A stretch of DNA of 64,000 nt, taken from NCBI RefSeq assembly GCF_021028975.2, contig NC_059437.1:14446001-14510000 (forward strand), in the 5' to 3' direction. The position numbers and the translations under genes were made by a program. Position 1 is the stretch's first letter. Each line of letters opens with the position of its first letter. The notes beneath the pieces were generated by a model. It was not told the DNA's origin. It saw only the letters and a program-made list of their open reading frames with translations, and searched no databases. Positions 25,698 through 38,260 of this stretch are shown one piece after another. Source of the stretch: Sphaerodactylus townsendi (lineage: Eukaryota).

Positions 25698-26028
25698 CAC
25701 TGATAGCGAACCTTTTTGAGACCGAGTGCCCAAATTGCAACCCAAAACCCACTTATTTATCACAAAGTGCCAACACGGCAATTTAACCTGAATACTGAGC
25801 TCTTAGTTTAGAAAAAACTGTTGGCTCCAAGGCGCGTTACTCAGGAGTAAGCTTGGTAAGCAACCATGCAAAACTTTGAATGGGTTATGCCCAGTGGCCC
25901 AGGCCAGCCTAGATCTGTGTGTGTTTGTGTGATTTTCTACCCCCCACATGACGAACTCTGCGCGCGTACCCACAGAGAGAGCTCTGAGTGCCACCTCTGG
26001 CATGCGTGCCATAGGTTCGCCACCACTG
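25698..26028. mobile_element. non-autonomous hAT element
   Basis: TIRs cactgatagcgaacc / ggttcgccaccactg; TSD tcttagaa; related longer copy at 39060-39478. Confidence 0.85.
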
Positions 26029-26419
26029 TCTTAGAAGATCGCTGCTAGCCAGCTATGGACAAGATGGACCAAAGGTATGAGACAGTTTAGGGCAGCTTCA
26101 TATATTCCAAAATGTTACAGAAGATAATATTTTGCAATTTACATTTTGGAAGGGACAGCAGAAGTTAGAAACCCAAATTTAGACATGGAGACATTTGTGA
26201 ATGGATCAGCTTGGGGAGGGGAGCACTACAGCATTTTACAGTGTCTTTATTCTTATACAGCGTCCCTTTCAAAATCAGTTTGAAGGACAGTTTGCCACAG
26301 GACTGGATCCTCTGATTTTAATTCACTCAGCGCACACACACAAAAAGCAGCCTTTGGTTATGCCATGCACATAACGCCCCCACCAGCCCCACGACCAACC
26401 ACAACAGTAAGCATCTTAC

Positions 26420-26547
26420 ATAAATGCTTGCCCCTGTGACTGTTCCTCCCACAATTAAGAGGTACACAAGGTTGCTGGCGTCTTTCTCGGGAGCCCCTGA
26501 AGACGATAGTGATCTAGAAGGAAGTCTGAGGTGCGGACACTGCAAAA
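26420..26547 (-). CDS. AIFM1: AIFM1 alternative exon 2b (AIF2-type)
   Basis: VLQCPHLRLPSRSLSSSGAPEKDASNLVYLLIVGGTVTGASIY resembles human exon 2b; 128 nt; phase 1/0. Confidence 0.88.
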
Positions 26548-29460
26548 CTGCAGGCAGACGAGGGGAGAAAAGAAGAAGAAACAGGAAAAAGAAAAAAAAA
26601 AGATTGCCAGGTATTAAAATTAAATCACTAGATTATACAGGTCTTGGGTTGAGCAAAGCTTCTGGCTTTGTCAGTTAAGCTTCTTCAGTCAAAACTGCCT
26701 TGGCTGTAAGAGGGAAGATATCATATTTCTCTATTCTGCCCTTCCACCAAGAAGTTCCGGGCAGCAGATCTCGTTCTTTGCCATTTTATCCTCATAGCAA
26801 CCCTGTGAGGTAGGGAGGCTCCAAAACGAACAACTGACTCAGCTTCTTGGCTGAGCGGGTATTTGAACCTGGATCGTCCTAATCCTACGCAATGCTCTAG
26901 CCCAGAGGTGTCCAACTCTGGTGCTTCAGGTGGTCATGGACTACAATTCCCATCAGCCCCTGCTGGCATGGCCTCAGCCAAGCTAGCAGGGGCTGATGGA
27001 AATTGTAGTCTATGAACATCTGAAGCACCAGAGTTGGACACCCCTGCTCTAGCCCTTCTACCAGACTCAACCACATGACTAAGCTAATGAAGACTTCTTC
27101 TATTCTTTATTCATTCCAGATCTGTTGTTCTCCATTAAGAAAGGAAACCCTGTTCAGATGCTGAGGCACCCTCTACCTGCGTAGCTATAAAATAGGCACG
27201 GTTAGGCGAACACAGCTTTTGAAATGATTTTTCTATATTTTATTAAGTATTCAGTAGACATTATTCTATCCTTTGTCTAGTACTCAGCAGATGTGAATGT
27301 TAGGTAGGCAGTTGCCTGACCCCAGATCCAACAGTTCGACTTTTTTCCTTATTTCCTTTGGTCTATTTTGCTTAGAGTACTAATTATTTTTCTTTTGAGA
27401 ACCAGTGTGGTATAGTGGTTAAGACCAGGTGGACTCTAATCTGGAGAACCGGGTTTGATCCCACACTCCTCCAGACGTGCAATGGACTATTATCTGGTGA
27501 ACTGGATTTGTTTCCTCGCTCCTACACGTGAAGACTGCTGGGTGACCTTGGGCTAGTCACAGTTCTTTCAAAACTCTCTCAGTACCACCTATCTCACTAG
27601 GTGCCTACTGTGGGGAGAGGAAAGGAAATGAGTTTGTAAGTCCCTTTGAGTCTCCTTACAGGATTGAAAGTGGGTATAAATTCAAAAATCTTCTACTCTT
27701 CTCTCTTCTTTCTTAGTACTATGAGGAAAACAGCCAGTGTGGCACAAAAGGAACAAATAGCTTTAAGTGTCTTTGCCTGCCATTCAAGACAACAGTGACT
27801 TTTTCTGCAATCTCCAACCAGATACCACAACGCCATCATCATTTGCATATTTGTTTCTACCCTGCTTTTCTTCCCAAGTGGAACTGAAAGCAGCTTAGAA
27901 CACTTTTCTCTTCTCCTCCATTCCAACACAATGACAACCTTATGAGGTAGCTCAAGCTTCCGTGGCAGAAGTAGAGATTTGAACGCAGGTCTCCCAGGAT
28001 CCTAGTCAAACACTCTACCCACTGGGTGACGACATTCTTTTAATGATGAGGCCAGCATTAAGGAACTCATTCTGTGGAGATCATGATAAATACATCCCTG
28101 AAGTCTTTAACAGGATACATTATCACTTAGCTCAACCCCACCAATTCCCCTTGCAGACCATGATTTGTATGTACAAAGGCTCTAACCCTAAAGCTTTGCC
28201 ACTTAAAAGATCTGACATAGGCCAGAACTCTAACCTATGGCATCAACTGCCAGTCAAGGTAGTTAGTACCACCCTGAGGCTCATGGATTATTGGTTTGAT
28301 TGCTTACTCCCAGTGCCATGTTCCCAGGCAGTCATCCCACACATAAGCAACACACACAAGATCACTCCACGAGCAACCTTAAGCAGATCTACTCAGAGGT
28401 AATTCCCATGTTAGTCCATGAGGCTTACTCCAGGGAAACTGTTCCTGGGACAGCAAGCTCAGACTTTCAGAAGTTTCTTGGGGCGTGGGGTTATTACATA
28501 TGTTGTGTATTTCATGAAGGTGAGAGCTGTCTTGAATATTCCTTTTTCACAGTGTGGAACAGAAACATTTTAATAAATACATCTTTCCAAAAGCTGACCA
28601 GATGATGACACCAATGCAGAATCAGAACCTGATGGGCAGAAAGGAGCACTGACTCATGGATACGTTTCTATTTTTGAAAAGTCTGCTTGTGCACAGGGCA
28701 CGCTCCCAGAAATATAGCAGCTTCAACCAAGACAGCAAAATGAGATTAGAAGTTATATTCAATGGCATGAACTGAACCAGAGCTCCCTGCAGATTCAGGC
28801 ACGTTAAACTCTTGGGAGGTTTACTTTTCCATCTGCCTGATGGGACCTGCTAGTTTAGAATTAATTTTAAAGTAGAATTTAAACAGATCAACTCTCTTTT
28901 TAAGACACTAAAAAGGGAAGGTGAGCTCCAACACCTAAAGAATTTGCATATGACAGGTCCCCAAGAATAATTAGGCATGTATCAGTATCCCAGGAGAAGA
29001 AACAAAGTGATTGGCTCTGCTGTTGCTAAGGAGGTCTGAATTGTAGAGGGTCCACAACTGACAACTCAGGCTAAACACACCTGTGTTGACATACATGACA
29101 TATGTTAACCTGCATGTCCATCAATGCTCAGTGCCCACTATGCATGTGCCACTTAGCTATATCTCTGAGCTGATTTGTATGCAAACTCAAGGCAACAGGC
29201 CTAGTGCTAGGTAATTTCTGTAAATGCACCAAGCACTTCTCTAATGAGGCAGAAAAATAAACAATAAGAGGAGAAGATGTTAGCGGTGAACCACTCCTAG
29301 GTTCACTTCCTTAGGGCTTTAGAATTCCTGTGAGATTCCGCAGAGAGGAAAAGAAGAAAAAAGCAGAGATGAGATGCAAGAAAAGCACAAACTAAAGAAG
29401 AGCCATCATGTAGCAGGCGACATGTTGCTCTTTTGCTCCCCATCAAAACTTTCTACTTAC

Positions 29461-29603
29461 ATAGACCCCTGCTCCTAAGGTTGATAAGCCCACCAGGAGG
29501 GCAAAGACAGCATTATCGCCTTTGCCCCCAGGAACACCAGAACTAGCCATTTGTCTGCTCAGCTGCACTTCTAAGGGGATTTTCCATCGCTGAAACAAGC
29601 TGT
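29461..29603 (-). CDS. AIFM1: AIFM1 alternative exon 2a (AIF1-type)
   Basis: [48 protein letters not shown]; 143 nt; phase 1/0; read by hand. Confidence 0.93.
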
Positions 29604-32097
29604 CTAAAAACACAATTTGTTAGGGAGGGAAAATTGTCAATAATTAAATTAAGAGACATTAGTGGATCAAATAAATCATCAAGATTGGGAAACTGAGAGC
29701 CCAATGACACTAAAACTTTGTTATCAAGGCATATCAGTGTCAGCATTAAAAAGCTGACCTTTTCCTCTCCATTTCAAAATGCAAAGGAACACTGACATTA
29801 AGAATTCCATCACAGCAGAGACCAGTTTTTAAACACTTTTATTTTTAATAGCGCCCTCACTCTAAAGAGTTCCAAGAAGCATATGAGTGCCTTCCTGTTT
29901 TAGTCTCACAACAATGCTGTAAATAACCTTTAGCTGAGTAACACAGATTTAGCCCAAGGTCATGACTGAACAAGAATTTGAACTAGGCATTCTTAGACCC
30001 AGTCCAACAGTCTATACCAGGGGTCTTCAAACTACGGCCCTCCAGATGTTCACAGACTACAATTCCCATGAGCCATACCACTTGGCCATGCTGGCAGGGG
30101 CTGATGGGAATTGTAGTCCATAAACATCTGGAGGGCCATAGTTTGAAGACCCCTGGTCTATACTGTGCAGGCTCCACATAAGACAATGCCACATTCATGA
30201 TCTTAGTTAAAGATAAGGCCTGCTCAACACAGATTATTTCACTTGCATGAAAGTTTATGAAAGCATCATGCAACAATTAGAGCATACTATCGGGAATGTA
30301 CAAATAGACAATATTGCTTAAAATCAAAGCAAAAAATCTGAGCTTTAACTCTGCTGATGTTACTAAAGAGAATTTGATCTAGACACCTTGTAACATGACG
30401 TTGCATTCAAGTCTCAAAACAGGCAGATTTTCATCAGCAGATAACTTTTGTTCATCACCATCCATTAGCCCTGTAGTTTGATTAACCTGTTCATCAACTA
30501 AGTCTAAACACCCTCAAGGGCATAGCAACAGATAAGTAATATTCTACATGCCCACATTTTCATCTACAGTTTCTCTACAACACTCTTACCCTATGCAGAT
30601 TTCTCCACAACAGTCTTACCCTATGCAGATTTAGGCATACAGATGCCCAGGGAAATCAGTGAATCTGAATTCAACTAACTCAGCCTAAGATGGGCTAGTA
30701 GAGCAAAAAAGCAAAGAGCCAAACCTGACAAATTCCAGCAGTTCTACCACTTGTTCCTTTGTTGCTAGAACTGCATTTTCAAGCTTTGACTTGGGAACCA
30801 AACTGACAGGCAAAGGTAGTTAATAATCCTTCCATCCTAAATACACCTAGAAGCAGTGTTAAGATCACTGGGGCACTTTCCAGTAAAGTTGGGGGTTTTA
30901 CAGGCATAATTTTAATTTGATAAAACCATCCATGTCCTTCTCATTCATTACTATGAATCTTAAATGTGATTTTAGAAATCAGTTTAGGAGTTCAACAGCC
31001 CAGGTTCTATACTGTCCAGTTAGTTTAATGTATGAACATTCCAAATGTTGGTCTCCACTTGCTGATTTAGTTAGCCAGTATCTTAGAGACTGATGATACT
31101 GTCCTTTGATAATTCCCAATCCAGATGTTCTGAATTCTACTCTCACTAGTTTTTAAATCTCAGTTTAGTTTCTTGCTGCCGTCACCCTGATTGTAGTTGC
31201 AACCTGAATTTTTTTTTTAAAGATGCTCTTCACAAGACTAAAGACAGAGACTTCATAGTAGGGCATGAGTAAAAATAATTCTGGGATATTCTGGCTCTGG
31301 CATTTAATTAGAAGTGACAGCTTTACTTTTTATTGATCCGATTTTACTTCCTTTACTTTTATTGATCAGATTTTAATCTTACCCTTCCTCCTAGGAGCTC
31401 AAGGTAAAGCACGCGATCCTTTCTCCCTATTTTTTTTCCCTCACAGAATTTTCCACCCTTTTTATTCTGGAAGTTAAACTGAGAAACAGCAACTGGCCCA
31501 AGGTCACCCTGCGATCTTTGGAGACTGAACCCAGGTATCCCCAGTCCTAGTCTGACATTCTTCCAACTATGCCACCCTGGCTCAGTTTTCCAAAAAGGCA
31601 TGACAATATAAAGAACTTATAGAAGGCCTATGACTCCAAGGGCACTTGATACTGAAGCAGTGAGCTCCACTGAAATCAGCAGACTGTGCTTCCTATCCAA
31701 CTGGTTTGGGTGAATGATGATCTTAATAATTTGGGGGGAATAATCTTTACATGAGTTACTTACAGTGACTAACAACATACCTCCTAGCAAACAAGGGCCA
31801 ACTTTCTATATGTGACACTTAATGCATCTTACTCTTTGAAACGTCGACCTCAGAGAATAGGTCATCCTGCTCTTGAGGTTTCACAAGAGCGGCAGATATA
31901 CTTACGCCAAGTTTGCAACAGACAAAAAGTTTGCAGCTGGGGACAGATAAACATGACCACGGTGAACGAGTGCATAAGGCTTTCACGTGCTCACAAAAAT
32001 CTGATTTATTTGCTTGTTTGCAATATGCCATGCATAACGCACTACCCCCGTTTTGCAAGGAGGATACGGACGACCACCCCCTGAGACTGCCTCTCAC

Positions 32098-32170
32098 CTG
32101 CCCCCGCCCGACCCCGCGACCTTGGGCCGAGCGCCCGCACCAGCCTCGCAGCCACGCGGCACCGGAACAT
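32098..32170 (-). CDS. AIFM1: AIFM1 exon 1 (mitochondrial presequence start)
   Basis: MFRCRVAARLVRALGPRSRGRAGA, compare human MFRCGG; CAG|GTGAGA donor; in-frame ATG 6 nt upstream; spliced CDS about 610 aa with exon 2a and the microexon. Confidence 0.92.
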
Positions 32171-32378
32171 GACCATGTGACGGCTACGAGCGCCGACCGT
32201 TCCCAGGTGCGCTCCCGTTCCTACAGCCCGGGGAAGGGGGAGAGGAACGGTCCGCTCTGCGCACGCGCGGCTCGAACCCTTTGCGCAGGCGTAATCTCGC
32301 GCGGCGCCGCTCTAGGACATCAGCTCTCGGTGGAGGCGGGACCGCTCTTTCTTCTGACAGCCGCGCCTCGTCTGCATC
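32171..32378. promoter_or_regulatory. CpG-island bidirectional promoter for AIFM1/MARS2 with NRF1 sites
   Basis: 208 nt between divergent ATGs; TGCGCACGCGCG at 32258-32269 fits YGCGCAYGCGCR; TGCGCAGGCGTA at 32282-32293. Confidence 0.8.
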
Positions 32379-32631
32379 ATGCGGCTACCTTTTGCCGCGC
32401 GCCGTTGCTCTGTCTTGCTGCAGCCGCGGTGGGGAAGAGCAGGGTGCGTTTGCAGCGCCCCGGATACGACCCGGAGCCAAAGCGGTTCCTCTCCTGGGCG
32501 CCAGCTTCTCTCCACGCCCATCTTTTACGCGAACGGCTCTCCGCACATCGGGCACCTTTACTCGGCGCTACTGGCGGATGCGCTGCACCGGCATCGGGAA
32601 CTGCACGAACGTGGAGGGCGCTTGGCCACCG
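32379..32631 (+). CDS. MARS2: mitochondrial methionyl-tRNA synthetase, exon 1
   Basis: Arg-rich presequence then [24 protein letters not shown] (HIGH motif); G|GTCAGT donor; phase 1. Confidence 0.9.
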
Positions 32632-33324
32632 GTCAGTGGGGTGGGGTGGGGTGGGGTGGGATGGAGAAGGAGTGGTCAAGACCCGAGAATAACGCCGCTT
32701 TTTCACACCTGCCCGGAGAAAGCACTTTTAATCCACTTTGCAGCTGGATTTGACTATGCGAAACGACAAAATCGACTTGCAAACTTTCCCTCTTCTCTTG
32801 CACTAAATACGAGGGAATTGGGGGGAAATTTGCAAATGCTCTTATTTTGAACTGTGATAGGTTATCAGATACCCAAAAGATCTTATACTTGTTAAATAAT
32901 TCTGATCTTGTAGTTTGTGAATTTTGTGACGTTTTTACTAGAAACCATACACTTTAAAAGGATAGCTCTGTTCTTTCTAATTTGGTAGTGTTGATTTTTG
33001 TTATTGTTTTCTTTGGGGAGGTTGTGTTCGTATTGACTTGCAAAATATTGTTAAAATGCATTGAAAGTGCATTATTCAGTATGTGTGAAAGTGCCCAAGG
33101 AGTCATCCAGCTGCACTTGAATGTACGTGCAACAAACATGCAAGGTTAAGTTTTTCTAATTGGTTTTGCTTCTATGCCAGATGGATTTGTTTGTTTGTGC
33201 AGCTTTCACTCATGTCAGATAAAGCGCTTTCAATGCACGTTGCAGTTGGATTTTACTGTGGGAAATGACAAAATCCACTTGCAAACAATTGTTATGCATT
33301 TTTAACATGTGTGAAAGCCCCTAA

Positions 33325-33845
33325 ATTGTGCTGCAGGTGTGGGCAGACAGTCCCAGGTCCAAAGCACTGGAAGCCAAGCAGGTAGGCAGACTGGGAGCTA
33401 CAGCAAGCACTGGAAGATCCAGCAGGAAGTGCGCTCATTGCACCCAGGCAGAGCGAAGCTCAAAGCAGGGCTTATAATATGGAAAGGCTTGATTGCTGCA
33501 TCAGAGATCCTGCAAGTAATCTTTCTCTGATGCAGGCTCCACTATTGTGCCTTAGCTGGAAGAGAAACGAGCACTCCTCCTTTGGCTCTGTAGTTGCTGC
33601 CGCTGTCTCTGCCTCCTTTGCACAGCTGGCTCATCACAGGGCTGGATGGAGGACTGTGCAGGTTCTCTCAGCTGTGTGGTAGCAGGTGAGGAAGGGCTGG
33701 TAGCTGACTCTGCTGCCTGAACTTCCTCATGAGCAGCCTGCTCTGGCTGAACAGTGTGGTCGGCTGCTTCCTCCTGAGGAGCCACTTCTGAGTGCCCGGC
33801 GTTAGCAGGTTCTGTCTCTGAGTCCAGGTAACTGCCCACATGACA
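33325..33845 (-). mobile_element. probable solo LTR (Gypsy-like)
   Basis: starts TGTCATG on - strand; composition resembles squamate LTRs; recognised by resemblance only. Confidence 0.35.
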
Positions 33846-34303
33846 CAAATAGTCATTCAGCTTCATTTTAATGACTACGTGCAAGAAACTTGCAATGATA
33901 GTTTTTCTAGATTGTTTTGTTGTTTGCCAGATGGACGTGGCATAGGGCTGAGCATGCTTAGCGGTTGCTGAACAAATTGGAAGTGCTCAAGGGAGAGTTA
34001 GTAGGGGATGGGTCAGTAGTTCTCCCCCAGCCTGAAAGAGGCATATTTTCTCCAGACCTGGGGGCTGATTCAAGGCTGTTACCAGGTTTTACAGAGTATT
34101 GGGGGGGGGGGGGGGGACAGGGTGGCTCTTCCTTTAATCTTGTCATCCATGCTGCCTGTTTTTCATAGTCCCTAAACCTGGGGTGTCCAACTCTGGCCCT
34201 TCAGATGTTCATGGACTATGATTCACATCAGCCATGCTAGCAGGGGCTTTTGGGAATCATAGCCCACGAATATTTGGAGGGCCAGAGTTAGACACCCCTG
34301 CCC

Positions 34304-34436
34304 GAAACTATGGGGTGGAGAGCTTGCTAATGGTATCAAAACTGTGGGGTGGAGAGCTTGCTGATGGTATCAAAACTGTGGGGTGGAGAGCTTGCTAATG
34401 GTATCGAAACTGTGGGATAGAGAGCTTGCTAATGGT
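34304..34436. repeat. 34-bp minisatellite, about 4 copies
   Basis: unit raaactrtggggtggagagcttgctratggtatc. Confidence 0.88.
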
Positions 34437-34467
34437 GGGATTCCTGCAGATCTTTGATGGGTTAGAG

Positions 34468-34769
34468 CAGGGGTAGGGAACCTGCGGCTCTCCAGATGTT
34501 CAGGAACTACAATTCCCATCAGCCCCTACCAGCATGGCCAATTGGCCATGCTGGTAGGGGCTGATGGGAATTGTAGTTCCTGAACATCTGGAGAGCCGCA
34601 GGTTCCCTACCCCTGGGTTAGAGCCATGGTGGCGAACCTTTGGCACTCCAGATGTTGTGGACTACAATTCCCTTCAGCCCCTGCCAGCATGGCCAATTGG
34701 CATGCATGGCAGGGGCTGATGGGAATTGTAGTCCAAAACATCTGGAGTGCCAAAGGTTCGCCACCACTG
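34468..34769. mobile_element. two different palindromic hAT MITEs in tandem at one target site
   Basis: ggttagag at 34460, 34616 and 34770 separates elements 34468-34615 and 34624-34769. Confidence 0.88.
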
Positions 34770-34825
34770 GGTTAGAGGCAGGGTTGAGCTCATTGTTCAT
34801 CACCCTCTCCTGTTTCCCTGCCCAG

Positions 34826-35160
34826 GCACAGATGAACATGGGCTGAAAATCCAGACGACAGCAGCAGCTGCAGGCAGTTTGCCTCAGCACTTCTGCGATC
34901 GCGTGTCAGCAGAATTCCGGGAGCTCTTTACCCAGGCAGGCATCTCATATACTGACTTCATCCGCACCACAGAGCCACGGCACAGAAAAGCAGTGGAGCA
35001 CTTCTGGGCCAGCCTGCAGGACCGAGGCTGGCTTTATCGGGCTAATTATGAAGGCTGGTACTGCACTGCGGAAGAGAGTTTCTTGGCGGCTTCTCAGGTC
35101 ACTGAATGCCCTGACGCCCAAGGCCACCGGCACACGGTCTCACTAGAAAGTGGCCACCAG
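34826..35160 (+). CDS. MARS2: MARS2 exon 2
   Basis: [10 protein letters not shown]...[12 protein letters not shown]...YEGWYC...SLESGHQ; AG/GT; 335 nt. Confidence 0.95.
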
Positions 35161-35967
35161 GTATCCAGAAGAAAAACTGCATGAGTTTCCATTGTACCTT
35201 TTAAGATCTCCTGGGAAGGCCCTGCTTTGGATTCCTTCACTTCCTGGGTTTGGAGCATAGCCTTCTGTGTGGTAGTCGTGGGATGATGGAATTACCTGTT
35301 CAGGGAGCCACAGTTGGCCCTCAGAAATTGAATGTTTATTTTGAGAATGGCTTTTGGGCGTCTCCTGTTCTTTCGTTGTAGAAGCAAGAAAGGTTTGAAT
35401 ACCACCCCTCTTGAACATGCTCTGAAATCCATAGATGCTGGTTTAAACTGTTCCATATTTGAATCCTTTTTTCTACAAAAAAGAAAAGTTCATCCTACAA
35501 AGTAAATCTACTCTCCTGCAACCCCATGTATGTGCATGTGCAAGAGAGATTGATTCAGTTCAGCCCACACCAACTTTGACTCAGTATGGTGTCTGAACTA
35601 ACAGCTACTGTTTGTGATCAGTTAGCAAACCCAGAACTGGATATTTTTTTTAAAATTAGGTGGTTAAACCAGTGTTTGATACAGGTTTGCAAACCATGTC
35701 TTTATGAGATGCCTAAATTAATAGGCTATCTTGTGGCTGTCGTTCTGTCTTTCAGCAGATTTTGCCCCATAGAACCAGCAGTGCTGAGCAGGTAGAAAGC
35801 AGAGCTAAATCATGGTTTGTATGCTGTATATTTGGGAGCTCAAACTGTGGTTTGGATTCGAATCTGATTAGAGCAAACCACCTTGGTGTGATGATTTAGT
35901 TGAACTGAAAAAAAACCTGTCAGCCAAGCCAATGGAAAAACTGTGACCCATTTCTCTCTTGTCTCAG

Positions 35968-37134
35968 GTACACTGGACCAAAGAAGAAAACTACATGTTC
36001 AAATTGTCTGAGTTCCAGGAGCCATTGCTGAGATGGCTCCAGGGAAGCAGGCTTACCATAACCCCTGAGCCATTCTACCAGCAGGTGCTCCAGTGGCTGA
36101 AACAGGACCTGCCAGACCTCTCCGTATCACGAGACAGAAACCGGCTGCAGTGGGGTATCCCTGTCCCTGGAGACGCGACACAAACCATCTATGTCTGGGT
36201 GGATGCCCTGGTGAATTACCTCACTGTCGTGGGTTATCCTGATGCATACCATGACTGGTGGCCTGCAGCCTGCCACATCGTGGGCAAAGATATCCTCAAG
36301 TTCCATGCCATCTACTGGCCTGCCTTACTGATGGCAGCAGGTTTGGACCCTCCAGAGCAGATCTTTGTCCACTCCCATTGGACGGTGCAAGGGCAGAAGA
36401 TGTCAAAGAGTTCGGGCAACGTGGTGGACCCCCAAATCTGTTTCCAGCAGTACACAGTGGATGGCTTTCGGTATTTCCTGCTGAAACAGGGTATTCCCGA
36501 GCGAGACTGTGACTACTATGATGAGAAGGTCATCAAGTTGGTCAACTCGGAGCTGGCAGATGTCTTGGGAGGGCTCCTCAATCGCTGCACAGCCCCCAGC
36601 CTGAATCCCAGCGGGACCTACCCACATTTCTCAGGGGTGTGTTTCCCTAGAGATATGAGTGCTCAGGATGGAAAGGGACTTGGCAATGCTTGCACAGAGG
36701 ACTACAAGCTAATATCTTCCGTGAAGGAGCTTCCTTTGCAAGTGAGCAGCTATTTTGAACGCTTTCAGATCTACAAGGCTTTGGAATCTATTATTTACTG
36801 CGCAAGGCAGACAAATGGCTTTATCCAGAGGCATAAGCCCTGGAAACTAAGTTGTGAGGATCCCTTGCAACAGCGGTGGCGAGACACCATCCTCCATGTC
36901 ACCCTTGAGTGCCTTCGGGTTTATGGTCTCCTTCTGCAACCGATGACCCCCACCATTGCTGATAAACTGCTCTCGAGACTAGGTGTTGGTCCCTCAGAAA
37001 GATCTTTAAGGAACTTGACATTCCTTTCTCGCTACCATGACGAACAGTGTCCCTTTGAAGGGAGAAATCTTGGTCCTGACACTGGGCTGTTATTTCCTAA
37101 ACTGGAGAAACCCAAAGCCGTGAGCCACAACTAA
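35968..37134 (+). CDS. MARS2: MARS2 exon 3 (KMSKS motif, anticodon-binding domain)
   Basis: [14 protein letters not shown]...[13 protein letters not shown]...[14 protein letters not shown]...KMSKSSGN; total CDS 584 aa. Confidence 0.96.
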   Translation, partial: VHWTKEENYMFKLSEFQEPLLRWLQGSRLTITPEPFYQQVLQWLKQDLPDLSVSRDRNRLQWGIPVPGDATQTIYVWVDALVNYLTVVGYPDAYHDWWPAACHIVGKDILKFHAIYWPALLMAAGLDPPEQIFVHSHWTVQGQKMSKSSGNVVDPQICFQQYTVDGFRYFLLKQGIPERDCDYYDEKVIKLVNSELADVLGGLLNRCTAPSLNPSGTYPHFSGVCFPRDMSAQDGKGLGNACTEDYKLISSVKELPLQVSSYFERFQIYKALESIIYCARQTNGFIQRHKPWKLSCEDPLQQRWRDTILHVTLECLRVYGLLLQPMTPTIADKLLSRLGVGPSERSLRNLTFLSRYHDEQCPFEGRNLGPDTGLLFPKLEKPKAVSHN

Positions 37135-37306
37135 ACCATTAAAACTTCAGAGGACAAAAGGATGGTGGGCCTGAATCTTCTGTGGCCTTTTTTCACGCTG
37201 TCAGAAGTAAAATTGGCTGCTGTTTTCTAATGATGATGTCCTGGCAAGTTAATGTTGTCATAGGGGCTGTATGGTCTTTTCGGTTTGTTTTTCAACAGCA
37301 CCTTTT

Positions 37307-37602
37307 GAAGAAGAAGAGTTTGGATTTATATTCCCCCTTTCTCTCCTGTAGGAGACTCAAAGGGGCTTACAATCTCCTTGCCTTTCCGGCCTCACAACAA
37401 ACACCCTGTGAGAAGGGTGGGGCTGAGAGAGCTCTGAGAAGCTGTGACTAGCCCAAGGTCACCCAGCTGGTGTGTGTGGGAGTGTACAGGCTAATCTGAA
37501 TTCCCCAGATAAGCCTCCACAGCTCAGGTGGCAGAGCGGAGAATCAGACCCAGTTCCTCCAGATTAGATACACGAGCTCTTAACCTCCTACGCCACTGCT
37601 GC
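37307..37602 (-). mobile_element. tRNA-derived SINE just downstream of the MARS2 stop
   Basis: same family as the 2183 copy. Confidence 0.8.
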
Positions 37603-38059
37603 TACCCTGTCCCAGTTTTGAAAAAGGAAAGCCAGCCTGGTTGGGTTGGGGGGCCTCTTTGTCTGGCGTCCCCTCTGGAAAGAAGCATTTCTGTTAAAAT
37701 TGTTTTGTACAGGTCCACTAATAAGCTGCTGGAGGGAATATCTCGTTATAGGCCTACCTAACTCGATATCACCCATGCAATTGGTCGTGACCTTCCAAGG
37801 TCTCAAGCAGCAGTGCCTCTTTCCCAGTCCCTGCTACCCATATTAAGATTCAGAAGGACACACACAAGGAGGCACTGGCGTAATGTGCAACTCTTGCTGT
37901 GAGGATGTGGGTCTCTGCGACTGCCCCCTTTATTGCACTTTCAAAGTGGCATCTGACCTCTAGACCCACCAAAGCAACAGAACTACAGATTAAACGGGGT
38001 GCCCAAATGCCTTTGACTACCATCACCTGTTCCCCTTTCTCTTGGCTGACTGACCAATG

Positions 38060-38260
38060 GTGGCATCCTGGTTTATTTTATTTTTTTCAGGAGACATGGG
38101 CTACTTCTCCAATTACTATCCAAGGTTACACATCATTTGTACTCCGTGCAGCAACCTCAAATAAGAGGCAGACCATCGGGAGGTTTAGCAACATTTATAT
38201 CTCGAGGAATTGTTTCAGCTAAACTTGATATGTGTGAACCAATAGCACAGGCGATTAGAA
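38060..38260 (+). mobile_element. LINE ORF2 APE-endonuclease fragment
   Basis: FFQETW..ITIQGY and, frameshifted, GRPSGGLATFI motifs. Confidence 0.6.

Noticed and set aside
31913-32850. Long + strand ORFs of 259 aa and 189 aa over the AIFM1/MARS2 CpG island
   Set aside because: Stop-poor GC-rich sequence in alternative frames of real first exons; no recognisable domain
34304-34436. Regular short repeats resembling a CRISPR array
   Set aside because: Head-to-tail units without unique spacers in a vertebrate intron; a minisatellite
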